Positions 13,584-25,390 of a DNA stretch of 64,000 nucleotides are shown piece by piece. Source of the stretch: Octopus bimaculoides (lineage: Eukaryota); contig NC_069008.1 in the NCBI RefSeq assembly GCF_001194135.2, positions 9,462,139-9,526,138 of the forward strand, in the 5' to 3' direction. The translations under genes were made by a program, and so were the position numbers. Positions within the stretch are counted from its first letter, which is position 1. Every line of letters starts with the position of its first letter. The notes below the pieces were generated by a model that was given only the letters and a program-made list of their open reading frames with translations, was not told the origin of the DNA and did not search any database.

Positions 13584-13920
13584 TTTGGTAAAATCATTAG
13601 AATGTAGGAACAAGTACTTTGTAGTATTTCTTAGGACTCTTTAGTTTCCCAGTTCAAATCCTGCTGAAGTCAACTTTACCTTCATCCCTTCTGAGGTTAA
13701 TAAAGTACCAGTCAAGTACAGGAGTTGATGTAAACAATTAGCTCTTCCTCTCAAAATTGCTGGCCTTATTCCTAATTCAGAAACAGTTATTAAGCATGGC
13801 AGATTGGCAGAATTGTTAGAGCATCAGGAAAAGTGCTTTGCAGTATTTGCTCTAACCCTTCATCCTCTTCCTTTAAAACTGCTGGCCTTGCACCTAAATT
13901 TGAAATAACTATTATTATTT
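12890..13920 (+). mobile_element. Head-to-tail array of about five tRNA-derived SINE copies separated by (ATT)n
   Basis: The repeated unit GGCAGAA(T)(C/T)GTTAGCAC...GTTCAAAT...GACTTTGCCTTTCATCC...AAGTACC...GGCCTTGTG recurs at about 12.89, 13.13, 13.37, 13.59 and 13.80 kb. A less-diverged copy of the family is at 28275-28505. Confidence 0.8.
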
Positions 13921-13968
13921 CTAAAACAGTGACAAGACAATCAATCTTTTAAATAGCCTCATACTTAC

Positions 13969-14083
13969 TGACTTCATTGAAATCATCAAATGTGATTTTG
14001 CCTGTCTCCTCAATATCGTAATCATAAAGTATTTTTAGCACATTGTCTTTTTTCACTTCAAAACCCAAAGCCCTCATGCACAC
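13969..14083 (-). CDS. CETN3: Centrin-3 coding exon 3 (115 nt): VCMRALGFEVKKDNVLKILYDYDIEETGKITFDDFNEV+1 nt
   Basis: Acceptor CTTTTCTTAATTTACAG| and donor |GTAAGT. It is in frame with exon 2, encodes the second EF-hand, and aligns to the CETN3 segment AMRALGFDVKK..VLKILKDYD.E.TGKITFEDFNEV. The ORF track missed it. Confidence 0.95.
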
Positions 14084-14239
14084 CTGTAAATTAAGAAAAG
14101 AGAGATAATTAGAAATGCTCACAGCCAAGCAAATAACACCTTCATCTTTGTCTTCTCTTCTCAGAAAAACAAGCTACCTTCCCTTTTCCATTTACTGCTT
14201 ACTACCAGACCAACAATTCCTTAATCTCTTCCTCAACTC

Positions 14240-14811
14240 CAGTGGGTCTCAAACTGGGGTATGCCCACTCCTTGGAGTATACAAGAAAAACCATGAAGGT
14301 ACACAGAGTTTGAAATTTCAGAGTAATCACAACCAACTAAACACAATTTGTGTACCTAGAAATGTATGGACAGCTTTCGCTGATCTTGTTCACCTATTCA
14401 CTTACAAGGTTTCCAGCAGCATCTATAACCAAAAACAAATTTCATATTAAGTTATCAAATGTGAATGGTATTCAGCTATGCTTCTCTGAAACAGTGCTTA
14501 CAATTAAGTTATTTATGAGAAAGAGTCAAGCTCATCTGTCTCACTAAAAATGTAATATTTCTTACATAGGTACAAAGTTAGAAATGTTGAAAGAGAAGGA
14601 ACTTGTTTATATCAACCCCAGTACTTGATTGGTACATTATGAATCCAAGAAGGGTGAATGATGATGATGACAACAGCAGGATTTAAACTAAATTAATAAC
14701 AAATAATGCATACCTTTTGCATGTTCTACAGTAACTATCTTACACCATATTCTCCATATTCTCCAGACATGAAGAAGGGACACACCAGACGAAAATGTTT
14801 GAGAACCCCCG
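14240..14811. mobile_element. hAT (Charlie-like) non-autonomous element, ~570 bp
   Basis: TIR-like ends CAGTGGGTCTCAAAC and GTTTGAGAACCCCCG. No clean TSD remains. Confidence 0.55.
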
Positions 14812-15779
14812 CTCTACATATTGCTGAAAACCAACAGCTTCAAATGTGAGACTTTCCACTGGTCACATTCTTTGAACTTCTCTTTGTATTAATTGTTGCA
14901 ACACAAACCTTTACAAGCTTCCACAAATTCTGAACTTTACTCTAATTAGAACTATAGTTTAGATTTTCAAGTGGGATATTTTGTTGAAGTTAGAGAGGCT
15001 TGGGTAAAGCTTCATGAATTTTTATTAATGCACTAGAAATTACTGGCACAAATCACAAAATAAAACGTCTCATCCAGGAATTGAAACTTGGTTACAAACT
15101 CTTTGTTATCTTGTGAATTATAAGGTCTAATTGAGCAGAGCTGTGACCAAAAGTGTTTTAAATGTCACCTTTCCATCTTAAAAAAGGAAGATCAAATCGG
15201 CTAATGTAATTCTTGATGGATCGAGTGACTTTATAGGCATGAATTTATATTGTTTGCTTCCACGGCAATCATTATATATACCATTTATTATCGTTATTGA
15301 TAACATGATTTTCTGAAGTGACACCATTGTTAAATGAATCTATCATCTGCTCACAGGAAAGATTTGGCTGCTATTTCAAGCAAATCTAGCTTAAACTTCT
15401 GATGGATTCTTTGCAAAGAGAATGATAACTGACAATGTGAACATTGGTGGGGTCTAACAAAGAATTTAGAAATGTATTTTGCTTTAATGTTGACTTTAGA
15501 CGTCTCATTTGAGAAGCGTTCAGAGATTAATAGTTATCAAGCTAAAGTGAGATGATTCTAAAACATTGGCGTAACTTTAAAAAGCTATCGTCTGCTCACA
15601 ATTCATAAAATAATACTTTGGTTATTTCCAGCTAATCTCACTTTCAAACGATGTTTGTCAAATACATGTGTGTGTGTGTGTGTGTGTGTGCTGTGTACGT
15701 ACACCTGAGTGAATGTGAAAGAGAAAGGAAACGCATGTATATATACATATACATGTGTATATAGAAATATATATATATC

Positions 15780-16130
15780 ATCATCATCACTGTTGTCATT
15801 TAACATCTGCTTTCCATGCTGGCATGGGTTGGACAGTTTGACTGAGAACAGAAGGCTGCACCAGGCTCCAAAGTTTCTATAGTTGGATGCCCTTCCTAAT
15901 GCCAACCACTCTTAGAGTGTAGTGGGTGCTTTTTACGTGCCACCAGCACAAGGGCCAGTCAGGTGGTACTGGCATCAACCACGCTTGAATATAAATATCA
16001 TCATCGTTTAACGTCCGCTTTCCATGCTAGCATGGGTTGGACGATTTGACTGAGGACTGGTGAACCAGATGGCTGCACCAGGCTCCAATCTGATCTGGCA
16101 GAGTTTCTACAGCTGGATGCCCTTCCTAAC
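15780..16130 (-). mobile_element. Two short 3'-end copies of the RTE family, each with a (TGA)n tail
   Basis: CATCATCG/TTTAACGTCCGCTTTCCATGCTAGCATGGGTTGGAC is the reverse complement of the 3' terminus of the long RTE at 20263. The same tail occurs at 23.8, 38.3, 38.65 and 51.44 kb. Confidence 0.75.
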
Positions 16131-16157
16131 GCATATATATATATATATATATATATA

Positions 16158-16687
16158 AGTAAATAAATGGAGTTAAACGCAGATGTTATTCAAATTCTTT
16201 TACTTTCGACATATGTTTCGAAGAAAACATTGGTTTTATTCCAAAGGAATAAACAGTGTAAAATAATGTAATCTTCTCATCAGGAAAGAAGGAGAACCAA
16301 TCTCAACAAGGCATAATAACAATTTTGATGACTGCATAAATGATAAACAGAACACTATTAAGTATTTTTAAATAACCGTTAGTAGATCTGGCACCTTTAG
16401 CTCATATAAGTGATTTATACCAGTCTGTATAGTTTGAACATTTAGTTCACCTTGCACTCTACTTCAATAGAGAAATCTACTTCCAAGCCTTTGAACATTT
16501 TTTCAACCAACATATCTCTCTATATCTCTTCTTTATTTGTTCTCTACTTATTATTTCTTTACCCCTTCTCTTCCTATGGTCTACCTTTGATGTCAGATCT
16601 ACTAACGGTTATTTAGAAATACTTAATAGTGTTTTATTTATCATTTATGCAGTCATCAAAATTGTTATTATGTCTTGTTGAGATTGG
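16158..16687 (-). mobile_element. Solo Penelope-like pseudo-LTR with hammerhead and inverted partial duplication, abutting a (TA)n tract
   Basis: Contains the hammerhead at 16203-16288. 16297-16393 is an inverted repeat of 16591-16687. The terminus AATAAATGGAG resembles those at 35318 and 61272. Confidence 0.65.
16203..16288 (-). ncRNA. Minimal type-I hammerhead ribozyme (PLE-type)
   Basis: Minus strand: CUUUC-CUGAUGA-GAAGA..(loop)..UCUUC-GAAA-C-AUAU-G-UC|GAAAG. Stem I is 5 bp, stem II 5 bp, stem III is the palindromic ACAUAUGU, and the core is intact. Predicted cut after GUC, between 16208 and 16207. Confidence 0.8.
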
Positions 16688-19600
16688 TCATAGAGGTTGT
16701 CAGGATATGCAACACAGCTACAATTATCTCTGCCTGTGCCCTACGAGCAGGCCTACCAAATGATCAGAAAGACCGTTTTTATGATACCCTTCTACGGGCT
16801 ACCTCAAAGATGAGTGGCAATGACCTCATCTTTGCAGCTGGAGATTTTAATGGGCATGTTGGGCGACAATCCGGTATCTTCACTGGTGTACACAGGGACC
16901 ATGGTATTGGTTCCCAAAACGAGGCAGGAACTAGGCTACTGGAGTTCTGTGATGCATGTAACCTTCTAATCTGCAACACTAACTTCAGGAAGCCAGACAG
17001 CCACCTGATAACTTATCAATCAGGTGACTCTGCTAGCCAGATTGATTTCATCCTCACCAGACAGCAGGATGCAGGGTTGCTCTTAAATACAAAACCCCTC
17101 CCAGGTGAAGAATGTACCACCCAGTATAGACTAGTCATTAGTAACTTTAGACTCGAGACCAGAAGGATGCCAAGAAACAGACCATTCTAGAAAAGAAGGA
17201 TTTGGAAGCTAAAGAACCCTTCACATGGTCAGAGAAATTTGATGAGAGGAAGGAGGAGCTACAGACCTTGGACATAGAAGGTAGCTGGAAATTCCTACGG
17301 GACAGCTTATTGAGTGCCACAGACCAAGTCTGTGGATGGTGCAAAGTTCCTTCCAGACCTAGAGTAATGTGGTGGTGGAATAATATGGTAGAGAAAGCCA
17401 TTAGAGCAAAGAAACAGGCCTGGAAAGCCTGGAAGGGTGGGGGTAGCAGGGAACTGTACCAGATAGCCAGAAGGGAGGCTGAGCAACAGGTATACATAGC
17501 CAAAGGCAAAGCAGAAAAGAAGAAGTCTGCCAATGTCCAGCAACGTGAGGACCAAAGAACTGAAATATTTCGGATTGCAAGACAGTGTGTGAGAGAAAAT
17601 TGTGATGTCACAGGAGAGAAATGTGCAAAGTAGTGTATCAGAGAGAATAGAGATGTGGTAGGTGTGCAAATGTATAATGGTATGCTCACACTAGGTGACT
17701 CAGAGACGAAACATGCATGGAGACGACATTGTGAAAGGTTGTTAAATGTGGAGAACGATTGGACAAAGTAGAGTCTTTCAAATATTGAACCAATTGAGAG
17801 ACCAGCCATCAGAGTGGATAGCAGTATAATAGCTAAGGCAATTAAGAAAATGAAGACTGGTAAAGCCCCTGGACCATCAGGTATCACTGCCAAGATGAAT
17901 AAAATATAAGGTAGTGTGGGATACGGCCCAGTCACTCGCATAGTTAATCAGGTTATTCAGGAAGGTGTCATCCCCAAAGACTGGTATAGCAGTATTATAG
18001 TCAGCTGCTACAAGGGTAAAGGTGATGCCTTAGATAGAAACAACTACAGAGGTATCAAACTGCTGGATCAGGTCATGAAAATTACAGAGTTATATCTCAA
18101 CTGATTAGGGATAGAATTAAAATAGATGAGATTTTGTTCCTGGGAGAAGTATCACAGATGCCATCTTCATAGTGAGACAGTTGCAAGAAAAGTATTTGGC
18201 CAAAAGTAAGTCATTGTACTTAACCTTCGTCGACCTGGAGAAAGCTTTCAACAGGATTCCCTGCTCCCTTATTTGGAGGTCTCTAAGGAAATTAGGAGCA
18301 GAGGAATGACTTGTTAAAGCAGTTCAGGCCATGTACAGTGACGCTGCCAGTAAAGTGAGAGTTGGCCTTGAATATAGTGATGAATTTAACATAAAAGTTG
18401 GAGTACACCAGGGATCAGTTCTTAGTCCACTTTTATTCATCACAGTTCTCCAGGGCATAACAGATGAATTCAAAACTGGAGCCCGGGGGAATTACTATAT
18501 GCTGATGATCTGGCTCTTATTACAGAATCTGAAGCAGAATTGGAGAAGCTCCGAGCTTGGAAGCAAAACCTGGAATCAAAGGGCCTTAAAGTTAACTTAG
18601 CTAAAGCTAAAGTTGTTGTTAGCGAGAAAGGAGATAAGACTCATTCCAACTGGCAAATGGCCCCGTTCAATATGTAGGAGAGGAGTGAGATGTAATTCCA
18701 TTTGCTGCACCAAGTATAAGCTATGGATGCATAAGAGATGCAATGGAATTGTGGGAAGGTTATCAGATAAGGTCACTTTTGTGTGTGGCAGATGCACAGG
18801 AACAGTAAGTACTAAGAGCACAGGGGGACTTAAACTCTCTTTGATGCCCCAGAGGCTCTCTTGAGGTAGTAGAGAGTTTCTGCTATTTAGGTGACCAAAT
18901 TGGTAACAGTGGTGGATACTCTGAATGTATTGTTTCTAGAATAAGAATAGAGTGGAGGAAGTTCAGAGAACTACTACCTCTGTTGGCAGCAAAAGGACTC
19001 TCTATCAGAGAGAAAGGTAGGTTGTACGATGTTTGTGTGAAAACAGCTATGTTACATGGTAGTGAGACATAGGCTCTGAATGTAGAGGACATGCGTAGGC
19101 TGGAGAGGAATGAAGGTTGTATGCTTCATTGGATTTGCAGCATCAGTGTGCATGACCGACAAAGCATAACTGTGTTGAGAGTAAAGTTAAACATAAGAGG
19201 GATTAAATGTGGTATGTAGGAGAGGAGAACACATTGGTTTGGACATGCGATGCATATGAGTGAAGACAGCTGTATACAGAAATGCTTGTTGCTGAAAGTG
19301 GATGGTACCTGTGGAAGAGGGAGACCCATGAAGACATGAGATAAAGTGGTAAGGACCGATCTTATGATGTTGGGGCTCATGGAGGAAGTGACAGTGGACT
19401 GAGATGTTTGGTGATATGAGGTTCTAGAGAAAACACACCCAAGAAACTGAGTGCAAGAAGAGTTGCGTCCCACTCACATGTAACAACACACTTTTCACTC
19501 ACTCTACCCTCTTCTAACTACGTCTTTCTCTTCCTCACATTTCCTCTTCATAAATTATGATTGTTTTCCAATCCCCTTCCTTGCCCTCACTGTATTGCTG

Positions 19601-20260
19601 CTCCCCACACACCAACACCCACACCCACATCCTATTTTCTACCCAGGTTCTACACTCAAATTCTTGTTACTTGTGAGTATACCCTAGCACTACACCATCT
19701 CTCTTCTACTCTCTCTAACACTTTTGCTGTTTCCTACACACTCTCTCTCTCCTCTTGTTTTTCATCTGACTAGGTAATCAAATATCTCCTTTACATCAAT
19801 ACACTTGTTTCTGGCCTCTTTCTTGTCCCTCTCTCACTGGGTAACCATGTACCTCCTCTGTAGCAAGATACCTATTTCTTCCTCTCTATTTCTCTATTAC
19901 ATTCTAACCTTTCATCATTTGATACTGGATCACCTTCTCTAATGCCCCCTCTGTTGTGGCAAGACACTTGCTTCTGTCTCTCTGTCACACTCTAACCTTT
20001 CATCCTCTGATACAAGTTCCCCTCCTCAAATACCCTGCCCCTCTCATAATTCATTGTCTTGTGGGTTACCCTGCCATTGCTGGTGCCACATTAAAAGCAT
20101 CCAGTTCATACTGTAACATGGTTGGCATTTGGAAGGGTATCCAGCCATAAAATCCCTGCCAAATCAGACACAGTAGCCTAGGGTAGTCGTTCTACCTGGC
20201 CAGCTCCTGTCATCCACCCTACCCATGCATGCACGGAAGATGGACGTTAAACAATGATGA

Positions 20261-20263
<3 letters not shown>
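16685..20263 (+). mobile_element. Near-complete, 5'-truncated RTE-clade LINE (APE endonuclease, RT, PHD-like finger, 3' UTR), inactivated
   Basis: AGDFNGHVG, NEAGTRLLEFC, SQIDFIL (APE); KGKGDALDRNNYRGIKLLD, FVDLEKAF, GVHQGSVLSPLLF, YADDL (RT); WPRSICRRGV..NSICC...WMHKRC...FVCGRC; the tail GGACGTTAAACAATGATGATGA. Many stops and frameshifts. Confidence 0.92.
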
Positions 20264-20309
<46 letters not shown>

Positions 20310-20589
20310 CACATGCTTGTATATATGTGTTTTCATATGTCTGTATGTCTGTCTTTGCATTAACATCATATGCATAAAACAGTGCCTGTATTCATGTCCC
20401 ATAACTTAGTAGGATGATTAAAAGAAATCACAAAAACAAATACCAAACTTCAAAAAAATAGTGTGCAGTGTAACTGATATAATTAATCCTTCAAGGCAGT
20501 GCCCCAATATGACCACAATCCAGTGACTGAAACAAATGAAAGAATAAAAAATATATAAATAAACAAGGTTTGAATGGTGTCGTTCATAC

Positions 20590-20725
20590 CTTAAGTTCAT
20601 AGTAGTCAATAGCGCCATCTTTATCTGTGTCAAAGAGGTCAAAAGCTTCCCTGATTTCCTGCTTTTGTTCATCAGCCAACTCCCTCTTCTTCTTCTTCTT
20701 GTTTTTGTCCAATGCAAAATCTGTC
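20590..20725 (-). CDS. CETN3: Centrin-3 coding exon 2 (136 nt): 1 nt+[45 protein letters not shown]
   Basis: Acceptor TTTTTGCACATAG| and donor AAG|GTATGA. Encodes EF-hand 1 ([12 protein letters not shown]). The basic N-terminus and EQKQEI.(E/D)AF.LFDTDKD.AIDY.ELK are characteristic of the centrin-3/Cdc31 subfamily. Confidence 0.96.
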
Positions 20726-22247
20726 CTATGTGCAAAAAGTATAAAATACAAATGAATAATAATTAATACCAATTTCATTGAGCCCAGTATCTTTTATCTT
20801 TTATTCGTTTCAGTCATTAGATTGCAGTCATGCTGGGGTACTGCCTTGGTGAATTTTTAGTCAAATCAATTAACCCCAGTACTAATTTTTTTTAAAGCCT
20901 GGTACTTATTGTATCAGTCTTTTTTACCAAACTGCTAAGTTACAGGGATGTAAACACACCAGTAGCAGTTGTCAAGCAGTGGAGGAAGAAACAAACACAA
21001 AGGCACATGCACATCTATATACGATGGGCTTCTTTTAGTTTCTGTCTACCAAATCCACTCACAAGGCTATAGTAGAAGATACTTGCCCAAGGTGCCATGC
21101 AGTGGGACTGAACCCTGAATCATGATTGGGAAGCAAACTTCTTACCACACGCCTATGACTGGTATTTTATTACCACCACCCCACTCTCAAGACAAGAAAA
21201 TACAACATTGACCTCAATGAGATTTGAGATCAGAATGTAGAGGGTCATAACATAGAAAACTTGTGGCTTTGTGTCAATATGCAGTTGATCACAATGTTTT
21301 ATTGATGTGTTATTTTAACAATGCTGAGAAGATAAAAGACACATTCAACTTTGGCAGGATTTGAACTCAGAAAGTAAAGGTATACAATTAAATATTACAA
21401 GGTATTTTCTGCAATTCTCTACTGATTCTGCCAATCCACTGCATTCATCATCATTGTTTTAATGTCTACTTTTCAATGCTTACTTGGGTCAGATAGAATT
21501 CACCAAGTCAGATTTTCTGCTGGATGCCTTTCCTGCTTTTGCTCATTGCCAACCCTCAACTATTTCCTAGCAAGGTAGTATTTCCCCTTGGCTAAACATG
21601 TTTTCATGGAAGATTGGAAATAAGCGACGCCACTTTTTTAATGGTGACACTCATTTGTAAGTATCATGCAATGTTCAGACAAGGACACACACACACACAC
21701 ACACAATGGGATTCTTTCAATGAAATCTATTCACAAGGCTTTGATTGACCCAGGGCGATAGCAGAAGACACTTGCCCAAAATGCCTTGGAGTCGGATTGA
21801 ACTCAAAAACCACATGGTTAGAAAGCAAGCTTCTTAACAACACAGCCATAGCTAGACACATGAAAATTCCATGTCAAATGTTCTTATTTCCACTTTGATT
21901 CATACAGATTTTCATAGTTTCATTATGTTTGAGATTTGAATAGTTCATATTGTTTAAAGCTTAACACTTAGCATATGTTGTAATGAACAGAATAATAATC
22001 AATTCGTGTTCACTTTCCATGCTAGCATGGGTTGGATGGGTTGTTATGGTCTGAGTCAGCTCTGGTTTGGAGTTGCTGGCTTCCTGGACAGGTCAACTAC
22101 AAGGACCACTTGTACTTTTCAGCTTTGGCTTGTACTTTTTTTTTTAACTGGTACTTTTCAGTTTTGGTTTGGCATATAAAGGATGGAGTACAGACTGACA
22201 CCAAAATTGGAGAACACAGTTTTACATTTAAGAGATGAGGAATTATG

Positions 22248-22471
22248 TACATTATTTACATTTGATGGATATTTGTCCTCCTCTTGTTTGTTGCTCACAG
22301 AACATTTCAGCTGATATAGCCTCCAGCCTTCATCAGGTGTCTTGGGGAATGAGATCCCATGTTCAAAATTTTCCCAAGACAACTGATGAAAGCTGGAGGG
22401 TATATCAGCCGAAATGTTGTGTGAGCAACAAACAAGAGGAGGACAAATATCCATCAAATGTAAATAATGTA
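22248..22471. mobile_element. ~225-bp foldback made of two diverged inverted arms, each carrying a hammerhead-like core
   Basis: TACATTATTTACATTTGATGG...CCATCAAATGTAAATAATGTA. The + arm has CTGATGA-AAGCTG..CAGCC-GAAA (22383-22414). The - arm has CTGATGA-AGGCTG..CAGCT-GAAA (22336-22305). Confidence 0.8.
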
Positions 22472-23792
22472 AAATTGGAGAAGTTGTCATATTTTTGACA
22501 GAACTTAAAGGTCTTCTCAACCTTACATCATCTCCACTCATTAGTAAAACACCATAAAGAGTGTACAGAGTACATTTTTTTCATGGTACAAGTACTAATA
22601 AGTTTGACTTGTATCCATTAAGGCTGAAGAGTCTACACAACTCTATGTTGCGTTCATTTGGTCACACCATAAACTGAGGTGAATCAGAGATTGATGATAG
22701 AGAAGGTGAATTGTAAAGGTATTAATGATGAGACAGATGGAAGAGTAATAACAGTGAGAATATGATGATAAAAACAGAGTAACAGGTGAGAGAGTGACAG
22801 AGGGAAAGAGTATGCCATCTTTAATTGAACTAGAAGTAGAGAGGGAGAGGATGGAAGGGAGATGTGAGAGTATCAAGAAACAGAAAGACAGCAGATATAG
22901 ATGTGACTGGGACTATTCAGCCATACCTTTGTGCCATGCAGACCCTAAAGTAAATGCCTTCCAGCCTTCCTACCAGTTTTTAATGTTTGTTTCACCATAC
23001 TTACACTGTATGGTACAAGGGTATGGCCGAAATGCGTGAAACAGTATCAGTCAAATACTGGGGTTGATACAATCAACTAATTCTGTCCTCTCAAAATTGT
23101 GGGCTTTATACCTGAATCAGAAATTATTATTATTATTATTATTATTAAGGACGTAAATTAGTAGAATTGTTAGCACAGTGGACAAAATGCTTAGCAGCAT
23201 TTCGTCTGCCTTTACTTTCTGAATTCAAATGCTGCTGAGGTTGATTTTGTCTTTTGGGGTTGGTAAAATAACTACCAGTTTGAACATTTGGTTGATGCAC
23301 TTGACTTACTCCCCACCCCTAAAACTGCTGGCTTTGCACCAAAATTTGAATTCATTATGATTATTAAAGCAGAAAACTGGCAGAATTGTTAGCATGCTGA
23401 ATAAAAACACCATTTTGACCATTTCTTTGACATGAAACACAAAAGTTGCATTGACTAAGCTAAGGTGTGTGTACTGAGATATGAAGGCTCAAATGCTGTT
23501 GGTTGGGCTCAGGGAGCAAAGGCAGAACAACAATTCTAGAATTTGATCTGTGATGAACCATGTGCTCTCTGATTCCAAACAGATGAGCACGGTGTTTCAG
23601 CAGCACTTCGCCAAACTCCCTTTTCAAGGAGTGGTATACTTGAGATAGAAAGCTTCGAGACCTACCTCGATAGAATGCCATGTCTATCAGACAAGGAGAC
23701 TGAGTGATGCAAGAAACTGATTTCAGTGAAGGAAGTGGTTAAATGTACTGAGCTGCTGTGTGGGATGTGAATCACCATGATTGGATGATCTT

Positions 23793-25390
23793 CCCTCATC
23801 ATCATCATCATTTAACATCCATTGTCCATGCTGGTATGGGTTGAACAGTTTGACCAGAGCTAGTAAGCTGCATCAGACTCCAGCCTGATTTAGCATGGTT
23901 TCTATGGCTGGATGCCCTTCCTAACATGCCAACCACTCCAAGAGTGTAATGGGTGCTTTTGCATGCCAGTTGTGTGACACCGGTATCTGCCACGACTATG
24001 ATTTCACTTGACAGATCTTCTCAAGCACAGCATATCGCCAAAGGTCTTGGTCACTAGTCATTGCCTCCATGAGGCCCAATGTTCAAAGACCTTATCCTAT
24101 GTATTCCTGGGTCTCCTTCTTTCACAGTTTCCCTCCACTGTTAGAGATCAGCACTTCTTTACACACCTGTCCACATCCATATGCATCACATGACCATACC
24201 AACAGTCATCTCTCTTGCACACGACATCTGAAGCCACTTATGCCAAACTTTTCTCTCCAGACACTCACAATTTGTTATACATGCACACTGACATTGAACA
24301 TCCAACAAAGCATACTAGCTTCATTTCTCTCAAGCTTAAGCATGTCTTCAGCTTATTATTATTTTTATTATTATTATTCAGGTCACTGCCTGGAATCGAA
24401 CTCAGAATCTTGGGGTTAGTAGTCCGAGCTCTTAACCACTATGCCATATGCCCAAGAGCTATCAACTACTTCTAGCCTTCCCTCTTGGCATTTGATGGAG
24501 TCTATTTTCTGTACATTTTTAGTGTTAATTGTACCTGTGCCACTTCTACACACAAAAACTAGTTTCCCTGGTAACCTTCCTCTGATACTGAGGCACCTAT
24601 AGCTTGTGTCTATAGCTTGCACCAAGTACATCTTATGGAGCTTCTACCTATGCTCTTTCTACAGATCAAGCAGAGCCATCCACCTGAAGGGATTTGTGAT
24701 TTGTCTGCTTACTAAGACTTTGGTTTTTACTAGATCAACTCTAAGGCCCTTTGATTCTAGACCTTGCTTCCACACCTGAAATTTCTTCTCTAGTTCCAGT
24801 AGTTCCAGTACCTTCATGTACCCTGAATTCATTGCTAATCTTCCCCTTACTGGCAGCTCTCACCAGTCACTCATCTATCCCTAGCTTCAGCACTGACCAC
24901 TAAATAAGGGAGTGGGGGACTCTGTCGAAGGCTTTTTCCGTATTGACAAAAGTTAGGTACATAGCTTTATTTTTAGCCAGATGTTTCTCCTGCAATCACC
25001 TAACCAGAAATATTGCATCAGTCATGCTCCTGCCTGGCACAAATCCAAACTGCATCTCATCTACAGTAGCTCTCTCTCCCTAATTAATTAAGCTATGAGT
25101 GTTTCTGTGACTTTCATCACATAGTCCAGCAATCTGATACTTCTGTAATTATTTCTTTCTAAGGCATCATCATTGCCTGTAGTGCTACACCAATCGTTGG
25201 GTTTGACCCCTTCATGGACAACCTAATTAACTATACAGGTGACTAGGCTATATCCAACTCTACCAGATATTTTAAGCATCTCAGTGGTGATTCCTGATGG
25301 GCCAGGGGCTTTCCCTGTTTTCATGAATTTTATTTCCAAAATCTCACATTGTTTGCTCTGCTACTGATACTATTACACCATGTGAAATAA
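23793..25390 (-). mobile_element. Degenerate RTE-clade LINE (RT to 3' tail) interrupted by a short SINE at ~24370-24455
   Basis: The reverse complement aligns to the RT region and tail of the 16685-20263 element (GKAPGPSG, NYRSIRLLD, FVNTEKAFD, (TGA)n tail). Confidence 0.8.

Noticed and set aside
12890-13920. Repeat-spacer-like array considered as CRISPR
   Set aside because: The units are ~200-bp diverged SINEs with microsatellite linkers, there are no cas genes, and the context is eukaryotic.
20716-20726. Alternative acceptor GACAG| 5 nt inside exon 2
   Set aside because: It would shift the frame relative to exon 1, and nothing in the sequence supports its use.
20418-20778. ORFs 20584-20778 and 20418-20735 as stand-alone genes
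   Set aside because: The first is exon 2 plus intron read-through. The second is an off-frame shadow.
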